From positions 184-64,183 of the forward strand of contig CAZEUB010000028.1 of the NCBI GenBank assembly GCA_964515605.1: a stretch of DNA of 64,000 bases. Direction: 5' to 3'. The position numbers and the translations under genes were made by a program. Shown here piece after piece: positions 8,061-17,604 of this stretch. Source of the stretch: an uncultured Sulfurovum sp. (GTDB lineage Bacteria > Campylobacterota > Campylobacteria > Campylobacterales > Sulfurovaceae). How positions within the stretch are numbered: the first letter of the stretch is position 1; each line of letters begins with the position of its first letter. The notes beneath the pieces are model-generated. The model did no database searches and was not told where the DNA came from. It saw nothing but the letters and a program-made list of their open reading frames with translations.

Positions 8061-10994
8061 TTAGATATGGAGTGGAATTGAGGCAATTGGAAGATGCTCA
8101 TTGAGCAGTTCCCACTTACGATTATAGAGCCAAGGGGTATGATAGAGTTCATAGGTGAAATCATCCCAACCCAAACCACAGGGATAAGGGATTCCCCATG
8201 ATGAACACCACTCAACACGGGTTCGTGTCCCTGCATAGAGAGAGACAGCAGCTTGAATCAATCGCAATTCAAAATTGACATCAGCATTAAGATTAAAATC
8301 AAGATTATTCTCATTATAAACAAATCCAGAGTCCAACTCTCCATTGAGTGCTGCCATGATTAAGCGAACATCTCCTCGAATCCCTGCATGAACAACAGCT
8401 TCATCAATCCCCCCTGTAAAGAAGATACTTAGTCCATCATTCTCATTATCTGAAGTGATATGTTCTCCATCTGCAAAGCTACTGCTCAGATAGATAGAGG
8501 ATCCTAGAGCTACCCCCACACCATTCTCATCCTCTTCATCCAGATGGAAGTTCAACCCTACACCCCCATCAACACCACCTGTAACCTGTACCACAACAGG
8601 ACCCACAGGGAAATGGACATTAAAGAGTGTAATCTTCTCATTCCACTCTCTATTATACGCAGCAATCTCTGTTTTTTCTATCTCTTGTTGTTTGGACATA
8701 ATTTTATCAGCAGAGAGATGCCCCTCATGTATCTCTCCTTTATCTACAATCTTACTCCCAAGTACATAAAGTGATAGATTAGCACCATACTGATAGGTAA
8801 TCTTTGTCAACTCATCCAAATTATCCTTAAACATATCTCGGAGTTGTGGATGTGCTGCTTGGGTACTAGCCGCCATTTTGGCATCAGCCGAGACCAAAGA
8901 GAATTGATGCCCAAAGAGGTAAAAGCTCAAATCACTCGAAGCATAGGCATACGCTCCAGGAACATACCAACGACTCCACACACCCATATCACCATGGATT
9001 TTTAGTGAAGCGATACTATTATCTCCTTTGCCCTCATCGCTCTGTTTTTTTTGGGTTTGAAAGATATCAGGACGGTTAACACGCATATTTGAACGCCCCA
9101 AAATATCCCAAAAGAGTACCATCTGATTAGGCAATCCCATCGCTCCTGAGATAGAGAGATCTCCCCACTTCTCTTGAATAGAAGTGGGACCCTCTACTTG
9201 AAATCTATAAACATTACGATGATCAATCACTAAACGCTCCATAGGTTCAGCATATTTTATGGCAACATACTGCTTATTGCTAATCATATAGAGTACACCC
9301 TCCTCCTTATCATAAAATGTAGCATCTATCTTATGAAAAGGCATCCGTTCTTTTACAAATGGCATCTCTGTAATATTGAACACCTCTACAACTTTATCTA
9401 ATGTCTCATTATAAGCAACCCTCTGCTCTCCTCTTATAAAGTAAACGATATTGCCATCTTTGCTATAAACTGCATCAATCTTATCTATTCTATCCATGAC
9501 TCCTTTCCATCTCTCATTAATAGGCTTCCAGTCACCAATGATCTTTTTTTTGCTCATATCCACTCGGGCATATTTATCTTTGCCAAAGAGATAGGCGCGT
9601 TGATCATCAATATAGAGTGCAGCATCGATGGTTAGTAGTTGATCTACGATAGAAGAGGTGTGAAAGGTTAAATTGGTATCCATCAAGGATACAGTAGTAG
9701 ATGCAAACTTAGAACCCAAAGTGGGTACTATAATAGTGGGTAGTTCTGCATCATCAATCTTCACATGCCACTTCACCTCTCCCTTAACCCCATCGGTATT
9801 GATATCTTTGGAGAGATCAGGAGCAAGCGCTAATAGATCTTGGTACTTCTCTTGAGGAAGATAGTAGGTCAAATCAATACTGTAGCGTTTATCTCCAAAA
9901 TTCTCCTCAATACCTTGTGTAAAATGCACATCCACAAGAAAACGGTAATTAGGATGTTGTTGTGAGACGGGAAGCATATTTGAGGCTTTATCCTGCTGTT
10001 CACTCTTCTCATCAGTATATTTAGAGGGGATGGTGTAGTGAACCTCTTTTTTGATACGCCCTGTCGTAGAGTTTAATAGATAAAGATCCACACTCTCTCC
10101 ACCCTCAAACTCCAATGTAGCAGAGATGGTTACCCCTTTTTGATACTTGCCTAGATTAGAAAAGAGCAGTGAAGCATCCCCACTCTTCTCTTGGGCATGT
10201 TGGGATTGAAACTTCATCTTTGTTGGAATGTCGATATATTTGCTAGAGTTTATCTCCAAGAGTTGAACACTCTCTCGATTCATATCATAATCAATATCGA
10301 CATAAGTTGCTCCCATCTGAGGGATAGATGTAATGTTGTCATCTGAATGAACCCTCTTCTCTAACCCCTCATCTACGAGATGTACCACCAAAAGATGGCG
10401 TTTGATATCGATAAAATATGGTATCAAAACATCTACTCCAAAGTGTTGCTCTCCATCCTCCTCAAGCTCAATGGTTTTATTGAAAAGCGTATAGGAGGTG
10501 ACATTATCATCCTTCTCTTCACTATCTTCGACCAAAACCACCTCGAAATTGACCCCATCAGGGTAGACTCCATCAATATCAAAAGTGGTATCAATATGAT
10601 AAAATCGACCATTCTCTAGGGTAATGGGATTATCTTTGTTGCTCAAATCGGCATCACTACTTCCCACAAAATCTAATGCCCCATAGGCACTCTCTTTATC
10701 TGAACTTCTCTCTAGTTCATACTTTGCCTTGGCATCTCCAATGCGTGAGATCTCAATCGATTTAATCGTTAACATCTTAATCTTAACCATCATTGGATTT
10801 CTATGGATATTTTTGATGCTATCTGAACCAAATGAACCAACATCAACAAACTCCTCAGAGATAGGAATCGATGCTGATCCATCTCCTGAGTTTGTACTAT
10901 TTGAAGAAGAGGAGGAGTCTCCACCACCTCCACCACCACAGGCACTCAATAACACAACGATAATCATCAAAATTATTTTTTTTACTTTTTTCAT
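8061..10994 (-). CDS. Large lipoprotein with a four-bladed hemopexin-like domain and a beta-rich C-terminal domain
   Basis: Lipobox LLSA-C then a Gly/Ser linker. Four hemopexin-type blades IDAALY, IDAVYS, IDATFY, ISGAMG (nt ~9100-9630). Gly-rich beta strands and CSSWGIPYPCG near the C-terminus. Confidence 0.7.
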   Translation of the reverse strand: MKKVKKIILMIIVVLLSACGGGGGGDSSSSSNSTNSGDGSASIPISEEFVDVGSFGSDSIKNIHRNPMMVKIKMLTIKSIEISRIGDAKAKYELERSSDKESAYGALDFVGSSDADLSNKDNPITLENGRFYHIDTTFDIDGVYPDGVNFEVVLVEDSEEKDDNVTSYTLFNKTIELEEDGEQHFGVDVLIPYFIDIKRHLLVVHLVDEGLEKRVHSDDNITSIPQMGATYVDIDYDMNRESVQLLEINSSKYIDIPTKMKFQSQHAQEKSGDASLLFSNLGKYQKGVTISATLEFEGGESVDLYLLNSTTGRIKKEVHYTIPSKYTDEKSEQQDKASNMLPVSQQHPNYRFLVDVHFTQGIEENFGDKRYSIDLTYYLPQEKYQDLLALAPDLSKDINTDGVKGEVKWHVKIDDAELPTIIVPTLGSKFASTTVSLMDTNLTFHTSSIVDQLLTIDAALYIDDQRAYLFGKDKYARVDMSKKKIIGDWKPINERWKGVMDRIDKIDAVYSKDGNIVYFIRGEQRVAYNETLDKVVEVFNITEMPFVKERMPFHKIDATFYDKEEGVLYMISNKQYVAIKYAEPMERLVIDHRNVYRFQVEGPTSIQEKWGDLSISGAMGLPNQMVLFWDILGRSNMRVNRPDIFQTQKKQSDEGKGDNSIASLKIHGDMGVWSRWYVPGAYAYASSDLSFYLFGHQFSLVSADAKMAASTQAAHPQLRDMFKDNLDELTKITYQYGANLSLYVLGSKIVDKGEIHEGHLSADKIMSKQQEIEKTEIAAYNREWNEKITLFNVHFPVGPVVVQVTGGVDGGVGLNFHLDEEDENGVGVALGSSIYLSSSFADGEHITSDNENDGLSIFFTGGIDEAVVHAGIRGDVRLIMAALNGELDSGFVYNENNLDFNLNADVNFELRLIQAAVSLYAGTRTRVEWCSSWGIPYPCGLGWDDFTYELYHTPWLYNRKWELLNEHLPIASIPLHI

Positions 10995-11022
10995 GATATT
11001 ACTCCTTATTAGATGATTACAA

Positions 11023-11057
11023 ATTGTAACCTACTTATGTCACATATAATGTCACAT
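11023..11057 (-). promoter_or_regulatory. Promoter of the lipoprotein operon: -10 TACAAT plus tandem ATGTGACAT direct repeat (putative response-regulator operator)
   Basis: ATGTCACAT at 11037-11045 and 11049-11057 (12-nt period); minus-strand TACAAT at 11023-11028; AAGGAG SD before ATG 10994. Confidence 0.55.
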
Positions 11058-11086
11058 TTTTAGTTTTTTTGTGTTATTATTACTGG

Positions 11087-12889
11087 ATGAAATGGCAACA
11101 ACTCTTCTACTATCTACTTCTACTATTACCTCTAAGTTTAGAAGCCATTATTATCGATCAAAACAGCTCTAATATCGATCTTCTCAAAGATCACTCATCA
11201 ATCTATATCACTCCAGACCATCAACTCTCTCTAAAAGAGATAGAGCAAAAAAGATTTATCCCCAACCATCACGCCATACGCTCTATTGGGTTTGCACCTC
11301 ATCATAGTTTGTGGATCAAGTTCAAACTAACCAACAGTACCAACCACCAACTCAAAAAGATCTTGGAGTATGCTCATCCACTCACCCAAGAGATATATCT
11401 CTTTGATCGCAACCAAACCTTTGTTGAAGGGAGTTGGCACATATCTGCCAATCGTTTGGGCATCAACCCTACTTTTGAGATCACCCTCAATCCCAAAGAG
11501 GAGCGACTCTTCTACATCAAAGCCCACTCAACAACATCCACTACCATTGCACAACTAAGACTCTGGAGTATCCAAGATTTTATAGAAAAAGAGAACCAAT
11601 ATAGAGTGATGAGCATTATCTTTTTTACCATCCTTCTTACCCTTTTGATCTATAACCTCTTTATCTATTTTTTTACCAAGGATCGTGCCTATCTCTACTA
11701 TATTATCTACCTCCTTGCTATTGTTCTCAATGAAGCAATCTACTCAGGTCTTTTGCAACGCTATCTTCTCTCCTCCTCAGCAACCATCCTCTTAAGCCAA
11801 TATATGATACTTGCTAGTGCCTTTTTGGTGGTGAGTATTGTCCTTTTTACCCGAGAATTTCTACAGACCAAACGGTTCAAAAAATTAGACAAACTGCTTC
11901 AAAGCACACTCTATCTTGTGCCACTGATCTCTCTACTTAGCAGTAATAATCTTCTCTTTGATATCAATATTACACTTCTCTTTTTTCCTATTGGCGGATT
12001 GATTATTTTTGTTGCTATTTACGCACTCCTTCATGGGGTTAAAGAGGCAAAGTTCTATCTTATGGGGTGGAGCATTGTCATTATGGCACTGCTACTTACC
12101 AATCTTCAGACATTAGGGATCGTTCAGATCAATGAATCGGTTAAGTACCTTAATAGTTTTGCCTATCTTTTAGAGATTTTTCTCTTCTCTATTGCTTTGG
12201 CTCATCGTATCAAAATTCTCAATGAGCAACTCTATCTTCTTCAACATCAAGAGCAAAAACGGCTCCAAAAATTAGTAGAGAGTAAAACCCAAAAACTCAA
12301 AGCATCACTCCAAAAAGAGGAGATACTCTACCGAGAACTTAACCATCGGGTCAAAAATAACTTTCAGATGATTCTCTCACTCATCAAACTACAGATCCTA
12401 CAATCCTCCACACCTACTCTCAAATCAGCGCTTATAAGTATCCAAGATCGAATCAATGCCATTGCTCATCTCTATGAGATTCTCAATATCGACAAGAAGC
12501 ACCCTGTTGAGACAAAGACCTACTTTAGAAATATCATCCAAGATATTCAACAAGGATTCACTCAAGAGGTGCAAATTATCTATAATATCCAACAAAATAT
12601 CGACCTAGAGAGACTTCTCTATTGTGGTCTTATTCTCAACGAATTGGTTACCAATAGTTTCAAATACGCATTTAAAACAAAAGGGGTTATCACCATCTCG
12701 CTTTATCAAAAAAACACAACCATCTACTTTGAGATTGAAGATAATGGCAAAGGGTATAGCCCCTCAAGGCATGATCCAAACTCCTTGGGATTACTTATTG
12801 TGCAAACACTTGTAGAAAAACAGCTCTTTGCAACCCTACAAATCGACACCAAAAATGGTGTCAAAAACATTATATCATGGGATCTATAA
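11087..12889 (+). CDS. 7TM-DISM sensor histidine kinase (HisKA_2/HWE-type)
   Basis: Signal peptide, 7TMR-DISMED2-like ectodomain (SLWIKFKL.N), 7 TM segments, H-box ELNHRVKNNFQ, N-box NELVTNSFKYAF, G-boxes DNGKG and SLGL. Confidence 0.9.
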   Translation: MKWQQLFYYLLLLLPLSLEAIIIDQNSSNIDLLKDHSSIYITPDHQLSLKEIEQKRFIPNHHAIRSIGFAPHHSLWIKFKLTNSTNHQLKKILEYAHPLTQEIYLFDRNQTFVEGSWHISANRLGINPTFEITLNPKEERLFYIKAHSTTSTTIAQLRLWSIQDFIEKENQYRVMSIIFFTILLTLLIYNLFIYFFTKDRAYLYYIIYLLAIVLNEAIYSGLLQRYLLSSSATILLSQYMILASAFLVVSIVLFTREFLQTKRFKKLDKLLQSTLYLVPLISLLSSNNLLFDINITLLFFPIGGLIIFVAIYALLHGVKEAKFYLMGWSIVIMALLLTNLQTLGIVQINESVKYLNSFAYLLEIFLFSIALAHRIKILNEQLYLLQHQEQKRLQKLVESKTQKLKASLQKEEILYRELNHRVKNNFQMILSLIKLQILQSSTPTLKSALISIQDRINAIAHLYEILNIDKKHPVETKTYFRNIIQDIQQGFTQEVQIIYNIQQNIDLERLLYCGLILNELVTNSFKYAFKTKGVITISLYQKNTTIYFEIEDNGKGYSPSRHDPNSLGLLIVQTLVEKQLFATLQIDTKNGVKNIISWDL

Positions 12890-12913
12890 CCAAAAGTTGG
12901 TTACAATAATATT

Positions 12914-13609
12914 ATGAGAGATATCAATATTTTAATTATCGAGAATGAGAGTTTGGTCGCATTAGAGTTAAGCAGTACGATTAAGAGTTTTGGCTATCAA
13001 AATGTTGCGTATGCAACCAATATCAAGATGAGCCAAAAATACCTAAAGGAGAAGAGGTTTGATCTGATTTTGATGGATATCAATCTCAATGAGACCATTG
13101 ATGGGATAACCCTCTACCAAGAGCTACAAACAGATACCCCCATTATCTATCTCACTGCCTATACCGATGAGGCAACCATTCATCGAGCCATCAAGACCAA
13201 CCCCCTTGGCTACCTCATCAAACCACACAATGATGATGAACTCAAAGCACTTCTACTTCTTGCCACGCAAAAGATCAGCACAACACAACCATCACTACAA
13301 GCCCCCAATACAATTGCCTTGGGAGAGGGATACTACTTTGACCCAGAAGAGGAGAAGCTCTTTTATAACAATCTCTTTATTCATCTAGGGAAAAAAGAGT
13401 TAGCACTGCTTAAACTGCTTATCTATGCCAAAAATAATCCCGTTAGCTACTATCAGATAGAGGAGGAGATTTGGGGAGCTAAAGGGGTAAGCAACTCTAC
13501 CATACGCACACTGATCTATCGCCTTAGAGGCAAACTTGAACACAAACTCATTCAGAGCGAAAATAGCTACGGCATCAAACTGACTCTCCCCTCCTTAGCC
13601 GCTCTTTAG
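12914..13609 (+). CDS. Response regulator, REC + OmpR-type winged helix
   Basis: LILMD, YLTAY and YLIKP receiver motifs; C-terminal IRTLIYRLRGKL...GIKL. Confidence 0.9.
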   Translation: MRDINILIIENESLVALELSSTIKSFGYQNVAYATNIKMSQKYLKEKRFDLILMDINLNETIDGITLYQELQTDTPIIYLTAYTDEATIHRAIKTNPLGYLIKPHNDDELKALLLLATQKISTTQPSLQAPNTIALGEGYYFDPEEEKLFYNNLFIHLGKKELALLKLLIYAKNNPVSYYQIEEEIWGAKGVSNSTIRTLIYRLRGKLEHKLIQSENSYGIKLTLPSLAAL

Positions 13610-15368
13610 CTGCCAAGACTATCTCCTCATCTTCGGCTAGGTCTAGCCATTTAAACTGCATACCGCTTTGAACCGTACCATCCAAGATATCGCCTGAGTT
13701 TCTAAATTTGAGATCCAATTTGGCTATATCAAATCCACTCATGGTTTGACCAAAGGCACTGAGACGTTCATTTTTTTTGTGATTGGTAAAGAGATAGCAG
13801 TAGCTCTTCAACCCTACTCTTCCTACCCTACCACGCAACTGATGCAGGGTTGCCAACCCCAAACGCTCTGCTCCAACAATCACAATAAGCGTCAATCGAG
13901 GCAGAGAGATACCCACCTCCACTACGGTAGTAGCTAACAAGATATCTCCCTCCTTACGAAATTGCATCAAGACCTCCTCTTTTCTTTTGTCTTTGCCATG
14001 TGTGACATAGACATTCTCAAACCGTCTCTCCCAAAACTCACGCCCCTCTTCGAGAGATTGATAAGGGATCTCACTGCTCTCCTCAACCAACGGATAGATA
14101 ATAAGCACTTGATGCGATAGGGCTATCTCCTCTTGGATATGATCTAAAAGCTTTGAAAAATCCTCCCTACCAATAATATGGGTTGTCACATCCTTCTCAA
14201 AAGGGGTAGAGGTGATAAGACTTACATCGATCAACTCCGACTCCATCATCGCTTGAGTTCGTGGAATTGGCGTAGCTGAGAACTGCAAAAAGTGAGGTTT
14301 TCTCTCTTGGTTGGACATCATACTCTCTAGCATTGCACGCTGTTTGGTACCAAAACGGTGCTGTTCATCGACCATGACCAGAGGAGCTTGAGGTAGATCC
14401 TCTTTATAGAGCAGTGCATGTGTCCCGATAATAAAATCTGCCGATTGATACTCCCCCTCCTCTCTACTTTGCATTACAAGTGCGATCTTTAGCTCTTTGG
14501 GAAGATGTTGAGATGCCTCCTCATAGATCTGCATTGCCAAGAGTGAAGTGGGTGCCATCAGTATGCTCTTGTGAGGATATGCCATCACAGCAGAGGCCAA
14601 AATTATCATGGTTTTTCCTGATCCTACATCTCCTACGATCATCCGTTTTGTTGCCCTCTTTTGATCTCGAAGATCGCTCTGTATCTCCTCAATAACCTGT
14701 CTCTGCTCAGGGGTCAATCGAAAAGGGAGATGCCCAACAAACTCATGCAACGAACCATCTAGTGATGCCAAAGCAGGAAACTCCTCTCGTTTGCCTTTGA
14801 GCTTTTTCATGTGATTAAACGCCTCGATAAACTTCAATGCATCCCGATCGATATTCTCTGTCTGCCCAATATCTGTAGGGTAGTGTAGTCTCATCAACAG
14901 ATCTACCTCTCGATCTGCCAACCCCTCTCTATAGAGATTGGATCTCACCACATAATACTCAATCAACGCTCGCATGCTACGCTCTTTGAGTGGGGTGCTA
15001 TATTTTGGAATAATTTGACCAATACGCTTTAGGGATTTGGGCTGAGAGATCTGAAGCATCCCTCGATACTCCTCCACACGCCCTTGTATATGGTGTCTAC
15101 TTCCCACGACAAATATCTTGCGATGATAGGCACTCACATGAAAAAATATCGCACCAATAGAGGTAGCAAATCGAGGCAATCTAAAACGAATACGCAATTT
15201 TCCATTAGTGGAGACAACCTCCTCAACAATCGCTTCAAAAGTCTGAATCTTGCCTATCTCTATATGCGTACTTAGCATAGTATTGTTATAACTTGTAGGA
15301 ACGATCAGTGCCAAATCTAGCAGAGAAACAATTTTAAGTTTTTCAAATAGGGCTTTTGCCTCTTGCAT
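13575..15368 (-). CDS. recG: ATP-dependent DNA helicase RecG
   Basis: GDVGSGKT, DEQHRFG, SATPIPRT, LHQLRGRVGR; AAGGAG SD supports ATG 15368. Confidence 0.95.
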   Translation of the reverse strand: MQEAKALFEKLKIVSLLDLALIVPTSYNNTMLSTHIEIGKIQTFEAIVEEVVSTNGKLRIRFRLPRFATSIGAIFFHVSAYHRKIFVVGSRHHIQGRVEEYRGMLQISQPKSLKRIGQIIPKYSTPLKERSMRALIEYYVVRSNLYREGLADREVDLLMRLHYPTDIGQTENIDRDALKFIEAFNHMKKLKGKREEFPALASLDGSLHEFVGHLPFRLTPEQRQVIEEIQSDLRDQKRATKRMIVGDVGSGKTMIILASAVMAYPHKSILMAPTSLLAMQIYEEASQHLPKELKIALVMQSREEGEYQSADFIIGTHALLYKEDLPQAPLVMVDEQHRFGTKQRAMLESMMSNQERKPHFLQFSATPIPRTQAMMESELIDVSLITSTPFEKDVTTHIIGREDFSKLLDHIQEEIALSHQVLIIYPLVEESSEIPYQSLEEGREFWERRFENVYVTHGKDKRKEEVLMQFRKEGDILLATTVVEVGISLPRLTLIVIVGAERLGLATLHQLRGRVGRVGLKSYCYLFTNHKKNERLSAFGQTMSGFDIAKLDLKFRNSGDILDGTVQSGMQFKWLDLAEDEEIVLAAKERLRRGESV

Positions 15369-15544
15369 CCATACTCCTTTTATCTTCCCCATTATACAAA
15401 AAAATTTTCAAGAGTTAAAAAAAAGGGTCAAATTGTCATATTTTAAATTTTACAAAAAATATAGTTTTTTAATAAAAGGTCATCAATAACTCACATTTAT
15501 AAGATATAATTATCAAATTTATTTAAACCTATACTTTTTATGAA

Positions 15545-17512
15545 ATGAACAGAGCTATGAAAAATTTACAAAATGATATCACCCTACTCTATATTGAAAA
15601 TGATCCAAAAGTGAGTGCTTCAACCTATAGCATCCTAAAAGAGTTTTTTCAAATAGTAATTCTCGCAGAGAATGCAGAGGATGCTCTTGATAAATTTCAA
15701 AGATATAATATTCACTTTATTATTACTGACTTGGAGATACCCACGATTAATGGAGTTGAGATAATCCAAGAGATAAGAAAACAAAACAGCTCTATCCCTA
15801 TTATCATAACCTCATCACAGATAGATCCAGAGCATCTTCAGAGATCCATTGGCTTAGGGATTGATGGATATCTAATCAAACCACTCAACCATGAATATCT
15901 TAAAACACTAATTAACAAAGGCAAAGAGAAGATCTATAAGGAGCGTGAGCAACAAAAAGAACTTCGTCTCCTTGAGCAGTATCAAGCCATTGTTGATCGC
16001 AGTGCCATTATCTCAAAGACCAACCTCCAAGGGATTATCACCTATGTCAATGAGAAGTTCTGTCAAGTCTCAGGCTATACCAAAGAGGAGCTTGTTGGGA
16101 AAAACCACAATATTGTTCGAGCCAAAGATGTCCCCAAAGAGACCTTCAGGGAGTTGTGGCATACCATCCGAGATCAGAAAAAAACATGGAGAGGTATCAT
16201 CAAAAATAGAGCCAAAGGAGGAGAACTCTACTATGTAGATAGTACCGTACGTCCTATCCTTGATAAAGATGGCAATATAGAGGAGTATATCGCCCATCGA
16301 AGCCTCATTACCAATATTATTCACCCCAAAGAGCAACTTTTTGATTTTCTAGCATTAGCCGAAAAGCCTTTCGTGGTACTTATGAAATTAGAGGATTTTA
16401 GCTACATCGAGACTATTTTAGACAAAAAAGCAAACAGGTCACTACAACAAGATTTTGCCACAGAGCTTTTTACGCGACAGATTGGCTCCTTTAAGTTCTC
16501 CAAAATTTATCTACTCGATCATGGAGAGTTTATTTTTGTGCAAGATATGGAGCAGTGTATCAAAGATATTCCTGAGATGATAGAGCAACTTCAAGAGTTT
16601 CAAGAGGAGATTAATAAAAGCAAAATAACCATATCGCCTATCAACTACAACCTCTCTATTGTTATGAGCCTCTCTTATGGTCAAGATGCTTTTGAGAATG
16701 CCAAAATTGGTCTACAGAAGTTACAACAATCCAAAGAGAACTTTATAGTAGAGAAGAACTCTTTTGGTATCCAAAAACAGGAATCCCTCAAAAAGATAGA
16801 GACACTCAAGATGGTTCAAGAGGCGATTGAATCTTTTAATATTATCTCCTATTTTCAGCCCATTGTCAACAACAAAACCAAAAAGGTTGAGAAATATGAG
16901 TCACTAGTAAGACTCATCAATAGCGAAAAGAAGATTCTCTCCCCCTACTTCTTTTTGGAGACCTCCAAAAAGAGTCGCTACTATGCACAGATTACCTCTA
17001 TTGTCTTAGAGAACTCATTTCGTGCTTTAGAGGAGACAAAACTTAACATCTCCATCAATCTCTCTGCACTAGATATTGAGCGTACTGAGACAAGAGAGAT
17101 CTTTTTTGCTCTTCTAAGAGAGCATAAAGAGAGTGCTAAACGTATTATCTTAGAGCTTGTCGAGGATGAGGATATTGTTGATTTTGAGACAATCAAAAAA
17201 TTTATCACGCAGGTCAAAGCCTATGATGTCAAGATTGCCATTGATGACTTTGGGACAGGATACTCCAACTTCAAGCGTATATTAGAGTATCAACCTGACT
17301 TTATCAAAATAGATGGAAGCCTGATTAAGAATATCGAGGTCAATCAACTCTCACTAGATATCGTAAGCAGTATTGTTGACTTTGCCAAAAAGCAAAAGAT
17401 CCAAACCATCGCGGAGTTTGTAGAGAATGAGTCTATCTATCACCGTATCTGCGAACTAGGTATTGACTACTCTCAGGGGTACTACTTTGGAAAACCTACC
17501 GTTTTGGTTTAA
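15545..17512 (+). CDS. REC-PAS-degenerate GGDEF-EAL c-di-GMP phosphodiesterase
   Basis: N-terminal receiver; PAS (ITYVNEKFCQVSGY); GGDEF position reads DHGEF; EAL domain FQPI...ESLVRL...DDFGTGYSN...QGYY. Confidence 0.85.
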   Translation: MNRAMKNLQNDITLLYIENDPKVSASTYSILKEFFQIVILAENAEDALDKFQRYNIHFIITDLEIPTINGVEIIQEIRKQNSSIPIIITSSQIDPEHLQRSIGLGIDGYLIKPLNHEYLKTLINKGKEKIYKEREQQKELRLLEQYQAIVDRSAIISKTNLQGIITYVNEKFCQVSGYTKEELVGKNHNIVRAKDVPKETFRELWHTIRDQKKTWRGIIKNRAKGGELYYVDSTVRPILDKDGNIEEYIAHRSLITNIIHPKEQLFDFLALAEKPFVVLMKLEDFSYIETILDKKANRSLQQDFATELFTRQIGSFKFSKIYLLDHGEFIFVQDMEQCIKDIPEMIEQLQEFQEEINKSKITISPINYNLSIVMSLSYGQDAFENAKIGLQKLQQSKENFIVEKNSFGIQKQESLKKIETLKMVQEAIESFNIISYFQPIVNNKTKKVEKYESLVRLINSEKKILSPYFFLETSKKSRYYAQITSIVLENSFRALEETKLNISINLSALDIERTETREIFFALLREHKESAKRIILELVEDEDIVDFETIKKFITQVKAYDVKIAIDDFGTGYSNFKRILEYQPDFIKIDGSLIKNIEVNQLSLDIVSSIVDFAKKQKIQTIAEFVENESIYHRICELGIDYSQGYYFGKPTVLV

Positions 17513-17529
17513 CTTTTAAATAAGAAATC

Positions 17530-17590
17530 GGGGTCTGGTGTTGAATGTTTTGCGTAACGCAGTGAAGTGAAACATTCAACACCTGATCTC
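17530..17590. repeat. Long intergenic inverted repeat (REP-like palindrome)
   Basis: GGTGTTGAATGTTT (17537-17550) pairs perfectly with AAACATTCAACACC (17570-17583); outer GGGGTCT/TGATCTC extension uses G-U pairs. Confidence 0.7.
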
Positions 17591-17604
17591 AGAGTGCCGA
17601 CAGC

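Noticed and set aside
10905..10940. Low-complexity CCA/GAG repeats in the lipoprotein gene as a contingency locus
   Set aside because: They encode an ordinary Gly/Ser linker after the lipobox using mixed codons, not a pure slippage tract.
11017..11029. TTACAA-A-TTGTAA inverted repeat as a separate operator
   Set aside because: It is short, AT-rich and half explained by the -10 hexamer itself, so it cannot be distinguished from chance.
16330..16780. Degenerate GGDEF domain as a novelty
   Set aside because: Degenerate GGDEF domains in front of active EAL domains are very common.
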